64,000 nucleotides of DNA from Spirochaetales bacterium (GTDB lineage: Bacteria > Spirochaetota > Spirochaetia > Sphaerochaetales > Sphaerochaetaceae), in NCBI GenBank assembly GCA_012514185.1, contig JAAZAT010000303.1:96-64095 (forward strand), in the 5' to 3' direction. Numbering within the stretch: position 1 is the first letter of the stretch; the number at the start of each line of letters is the position of its first letter. Shown here piece after piece: positions 60,919 to 64,000 of the stretch. The translations under genes were made by a program, and so were the position numbers. Below the pieces are notes generated by a model. It searched no databases. It was not told the DNA's origin and saw nothing but the letters and a program-made list of their open reading frames with translations.

Positions 60919-61437
60919 ATGGAAATACAGAGCAACGATGAGCGAGCGTTCAAGCGAGTTTATGAAGAGGTGTTCCCGATATTGATGCGCGTGGTCTATC
61001 ATGTCACCAATAATCAGGACCTTGCTGAAGAGATTTGCCAGGAAGCTTTCATCAGGTTCTTTGACAAGGGGATGGAGTTTGCCACCCTTGATGATGCCAA
61101 GTATTGGCTGATCAGGGTGTCGAAAAACCTTGCCATCAACCAAGTGAAACGGAAAGCCCGGGAGATGGGGATGGTGGAGAAGCTGAAAAAGTTTCCTGCC
61201 ATGCATGCCAACACTTCCGACGGCGCCCAGGTATTGGTGGAGAAGGAAACCCGCAAACTTGTACAGGAGGCCATAGACCAGCTTCCTGAGAAGTTCAGGC
61301 TTGTCATTGTGATGAAAGAGTATACCGACATGGATTACAAGCAAATCGCGAGCGTGCTCCATATTTCTGAAAGTAATGTGAAGGTACGAGTCTATCGGGC
61401 ACGAAAAATGCTCGAGTCGATTCTCAGCCAGGAGTAG
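60919..61437 (+). CDS. ECF RNA polymerase sigma factor
   Basis: AEEICQEAF, WLIRVSKN, region 4 YKQIASVL...VKVRVYRAR. Confidence 0.92.
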   Translation: MEIQSNDERAFKRVYEEVFPILMRVVYHVTNNQDLAEEICQEAFIRFFDKGMEFATLDDAKYWLIRVSKNLAINQVKRKAREMGMVEKLKKFPAMHANTSDGAQVLVEKETRKLVQEAIDQLPEKFRLVIVMKEYTDMDYKQIASVLHISESNVKVRVYRARKMLESILSQE

Positions 61438-61440
61438 TGT

Positions 61441-61977
61441 ATGTGTGTGGACGACGAACTGTTGAATACCTATCTTGACGATGAGCTGCAGGAACCATGG
61501 AAGACCCAGGTCCAGGAGCATCTTTCCTATTGCAACGCCTGTCGCCAACGCTTGGAGCAACTGCGCTCATTGCATCTAAAATTATATGATGCAAGGTTGC
61601 GCGATTCCGACATCAAGACTCGCCAGGATCGGGTGTATGCGTACTTTGAGAAGACGCGGTTTCCCTCTGCAAACAAGAAGATGCACATCTTTCGCAAAAA
61701 AATTCAAATCAAGTTGGTTCCGGCTCTAATTACCAGCGCAGCTGCGTTCGTAGTGGTATTCATCGGTGCGTTCATGTTGTTCGGCACACAACCCCAGATG
61801 GGACAGGAAATCCTTCCTGGAGTTGTCGAGCCGATAAATAGTGCTCACATTCGGCAGGTGACCGATGTTCAGAAACCTTCTCTCGATATGTTCAGCCTGG
61901 AGCAGATCGTCCAGCATCTTGACGCTATGGGGTATGCGGTCAAGTTGGAATTGAAGGCGGTGACTCCTCTCGAATAA
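61441..61977 (+). CDS. Zinc-finger (zf-HC2) anti-sigma factor
   Basis: YLDDEL...HLSYCNAC; single TM helix; follows the ECF sigma. Confidence 0.88.
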   Translation: MCVDDELLNTYLDDELQEPWKTQVQEHLSYCNACRQRLEQLRSLHLKLYDARLRDSDIKTRQDRVYAYFEKTRFPSANKKMHIFRKKIQIKLVPALITSAAAFVVVFIGAFMLFGTQPQMGQEILPGVVEPINSAHIRQVTDVQKPSLDMFSLEQIVQHLDAMGYAVKLELKAVTPLE

Positions 61978-62003
61978 GAGATAAATCCTCTCGCTCTCAT
62001 GTC

Positions 62004-62033
62004 GAAGGCTCTACATTCACTTGTAGAGCCTTC
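62004..62033 (+). terminator. Terminator-like hairpin after the anti-sigma gene
   Basis: GAAGGCTCTACA-TTCACT-TGTAGAGCCTTC. Confidence 0.7.
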
Positions 62034-62083
62034 CCTATTTTGCTACTATGAACAGACTCTTTTTCCCGAGCAGGAGGCCCTTT

Positions 62084-64000
62084 GTGAAGGCAATTGAATT
62101 AGCCAAAGCCTATGATCCCAAGACGTTTGAGGATCGAATTTATCAAGCATGGATCCAAGAGGGTTTGTTCAAGCCCGTAGCAGGGCCAGAGACCCCGTTC
62201 ACCGTTGTGATGCCTCCTCCCAACGTAACCGGAATCCTGCATATGGGCCATGCCCTGAACAACAGCCTGCAGGACATCCTCACCCGGTACCATCGCATGA
62301 CCGGCAGGCCCACCTTGTGGGTGCCCGGAACCGACCATGCAGGAATCGCGACCCAGAACGTGGTGGAGCGCCAGCTTGCAAAGGAAGGCCTCAAACGCCA
62401 AGATCTCGGCCGTGACCGGTTCCTTGAACGTACCTGGCAGGTGAAAGAGAAGCATCACCGCATCATCAAGCAGCAGCTGCAGAAAATCGGTTGCAGTTGC
62501 GACTGGGAGCATGAACGATTCACCATGGATGAAGGACTGAGCCAAGCGGTTCGGGAAAGCTTTGTCACCTTGTATGAGCGCGGGCTCATCTACAAGGGCG
62601 AGTATCTGGTGAACTACTGCCCGAAGTGCGGAACCGCACTTGCCGATGATGAGGTTGAATACCAGCCGGTGCATGCCTACCTGTATGATGTGCGGTATCC
62701 TTACAGCGATGGAAGCGGGTTCATCACCGTTGCCACAACCAGGCCCGAGACGATGTTCGGCGACGTTGCCGTTGCCGTCAATCCCGAGGATGAGCGATAC
62801 ACCCACGTGGTGGGCAAGCTGTTGGACCTCCCCTTGACAAGCCGAAAAATCCCCATCATCGCCGACAGTTTTGTGGACATGACCTTCGGCACCGGCATGG
62901 TGAAGATCACTCCGGCTCATGATCCCAACGACTGGCAGTGCGGCAAGCGGCATAACCTTGCAACCGTGAATGTACTCAACGCAGATGGGACGCTCAATGA
63001 GAACTGCCCGGAGAAATACCGCAACATCAATGCCATAGAGGCCCGGTCGCTGGTTGTACACGACTTGAAGGAACAGGGGTTCCTGGTCAAGGAAGTGGAA
63101 CACAACCACGATGTAGGGCATTGCTACCGTTGCAATACCGTTATTGAGCCATATCTGTCTAATCAATGGTTTGTCAGCATGAAAGGCATGGCCGACAAGG
63201 CCCTCAAGGCTTGGAAGGATGAGAAAATTGTTTTCTATCCGAAGCGTTGGGAGAATACCTACAGCCATTGGCTGGAAAACATCCATGACTGGTGCATCAG
63301 CCGCCAACTGTGGTGGGGACACCGAATTCCGGTGTGGGAGTGCCGTCAGTGCAACGAAATCATCGTAGCCAGACAGGATCCCACCGAGTGCCCGAAGTGC
63401 CATGGTACCGACCTTGTGCAGGAAACGGATGTGCTCGATACCTGGTTCAGCTCATGGTTGTGGCCGTTCAGCACCTTGGGATGGCCGCAAAAGACAGCAG
63501 ATCTTGCCACGTATTTCCCAACCACCACATTGGTTACCGCCTACGATATCATTTTCTTCTGGGTTTCCAGAATGATCATGGCTTCCTTGGAATTGATGGG
63601 TGATGTCCCGTTCCGCGATATCTACATTACCGGTTTGGTTCGTGACAAGCAGGGTAGGAAGATGAGCAAGAGCCTTGGAAACGGAATCGACCCCTTGGAT
63701 GTTGTACAGCAGTACGGCGCCGATGCGATGAAGTTCACCCTCTGCTACATGGCCACCCAAGGCCAGGACATCCTCATCGATATGGACTCCTTCAAACTTG
63801 GTTCACGATTTGCAAACAAGGTATGGAATGCCGCCCGGTTCCTTCTGATGAACCTGGAAGGCGTGGATGCTTTCGAGGTTTCCTCGGTTGATTTGTCAAC
63901 TATGGACAAGTGGATCTACCACCAGCTCAATGAGGCTGCCAAGAAGGTGAAGTCGGCTCTTGAAAGCTACAAGTTCAGCGATGGCGCCCAGGCTGTGTAT
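62084..64000 (+). CDS. valS: Valine--tRNA ligase (runs off window end)
   Basis: GTG at 62084 after AGGAGG; manual translation gives PPPNVTGILHMGH, GTDHAGIATQ, TTRPET, DWCISRQLWWGH, KMSKS. Missing from the ORF track because there is no stop in the window. Confidence 0.97.
   Translation, partial: MKAIELAKAYDPKTFEDRIYQAWIQEGLFKPVAGPETPFTVVMPPPNVTGILHMGHALNNSLQDILTRYHRMTGRPTLWVPGTDHAGIATQNVVERQLAKEGLKRQDLGRDRFLERTWQVKEKHHRIIKQQLQKIGCSCDWEHERFTMDEGLSQAVRESFVTLYERGLIYKGEYLVNYCPKCGTALADDEVEYQPVHAYLYDVRYPYSDGSGFITVATTRPETMFGDVAVAVNPEDERYTHVVGKLLDLPLTSRKIPIIADSFVDMTFGTGMVKITPAHDPNDWQCGKRHNLATVNVLNADGTLNENCPEKYRNINAIEARSLVVHDLKEQGFLVKEVEHNHDVGHCYRCNTVIEPYLSNQWFVSMKGMADKALKAWKDEKIVFYPKRWENTYSHWLENIHDWCISRQLWWGHRIPVWECRQCNEIIVARQDPTECPKCHGTDLVQETDVLDTWFSSWLWPFSTLGWPQKTADLATYFPTTTLVTAYDIIFFWVSRMIMASLELMGDVPFRDIYITGLVRDKQGRKMSKSLGNGIDPLDVVQQYGADAMKFTLCYMATQGQDILIDMDSFKLGSRFANKVWNAARFLLMNLEGVDAFEVSSVDLSTMDKWIYHQLNEAAKKVKSALESYKFSDGAQAVY

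Noticed and set aside
61978-62083. T-box riboswitch before valS
   Set aside because: Spacer is only about 105 bp, has one hairpin and no T-box motif.
62099-63403. 434-aa minus-strand ORF
   Set aside because: Antisense shadow of valS.

Overview
A gene-dense bacterial chromosome segment of moderate GC. Protein features (tandem-domain Ndk, AckA with a C-terminal extension, overall gene content) suggest a spirochaete such as Sphaerochaeta; this is inference only. Housekeeping content: rpmB 3' end, thrA-thrC, galT-galK with a divergent LacI regulator, recQ, two aldo/keto reductases, lipid acyltransferases, pstSCAB-phoU with separated phoR and phoB, a selenium-dependent molybdenum-hydroxylase maturation cluster (yqeC, xdhC-yqeB, NifS-like, xdhC), ackA, murB, cysS, an ECF sigma/anti-sigma pair and the 5' part of valS. 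The best candidate for an undescribed system is at 3.9-14.2 kb: a two-gene operon encoding a ~2,476-aa secreted Ig-repeat protein (TANFOR-like N-terminus, unusual Pro/Gly/Met/Phe tail) and an 856-aa secreted protein that looks like a dedicated beta-barrel partner. It is flanked by an AT-rich region and a low-GC internalin-like LRR lipoprotein. Other highlights: a ThrA whose aspartokinase domain has lost its catalytic motifs, an apparently inactivated IS110-derived ORF, a degenerate ADP-ribosylglycohydrolase, and a shared 11-bp-period Pho-box-like motif linking pstS, a FemAB gene and phoB. No rRNA, tRNA or CRISPR array was seen. All family calls come from motif recognition by eye, not from database searches.
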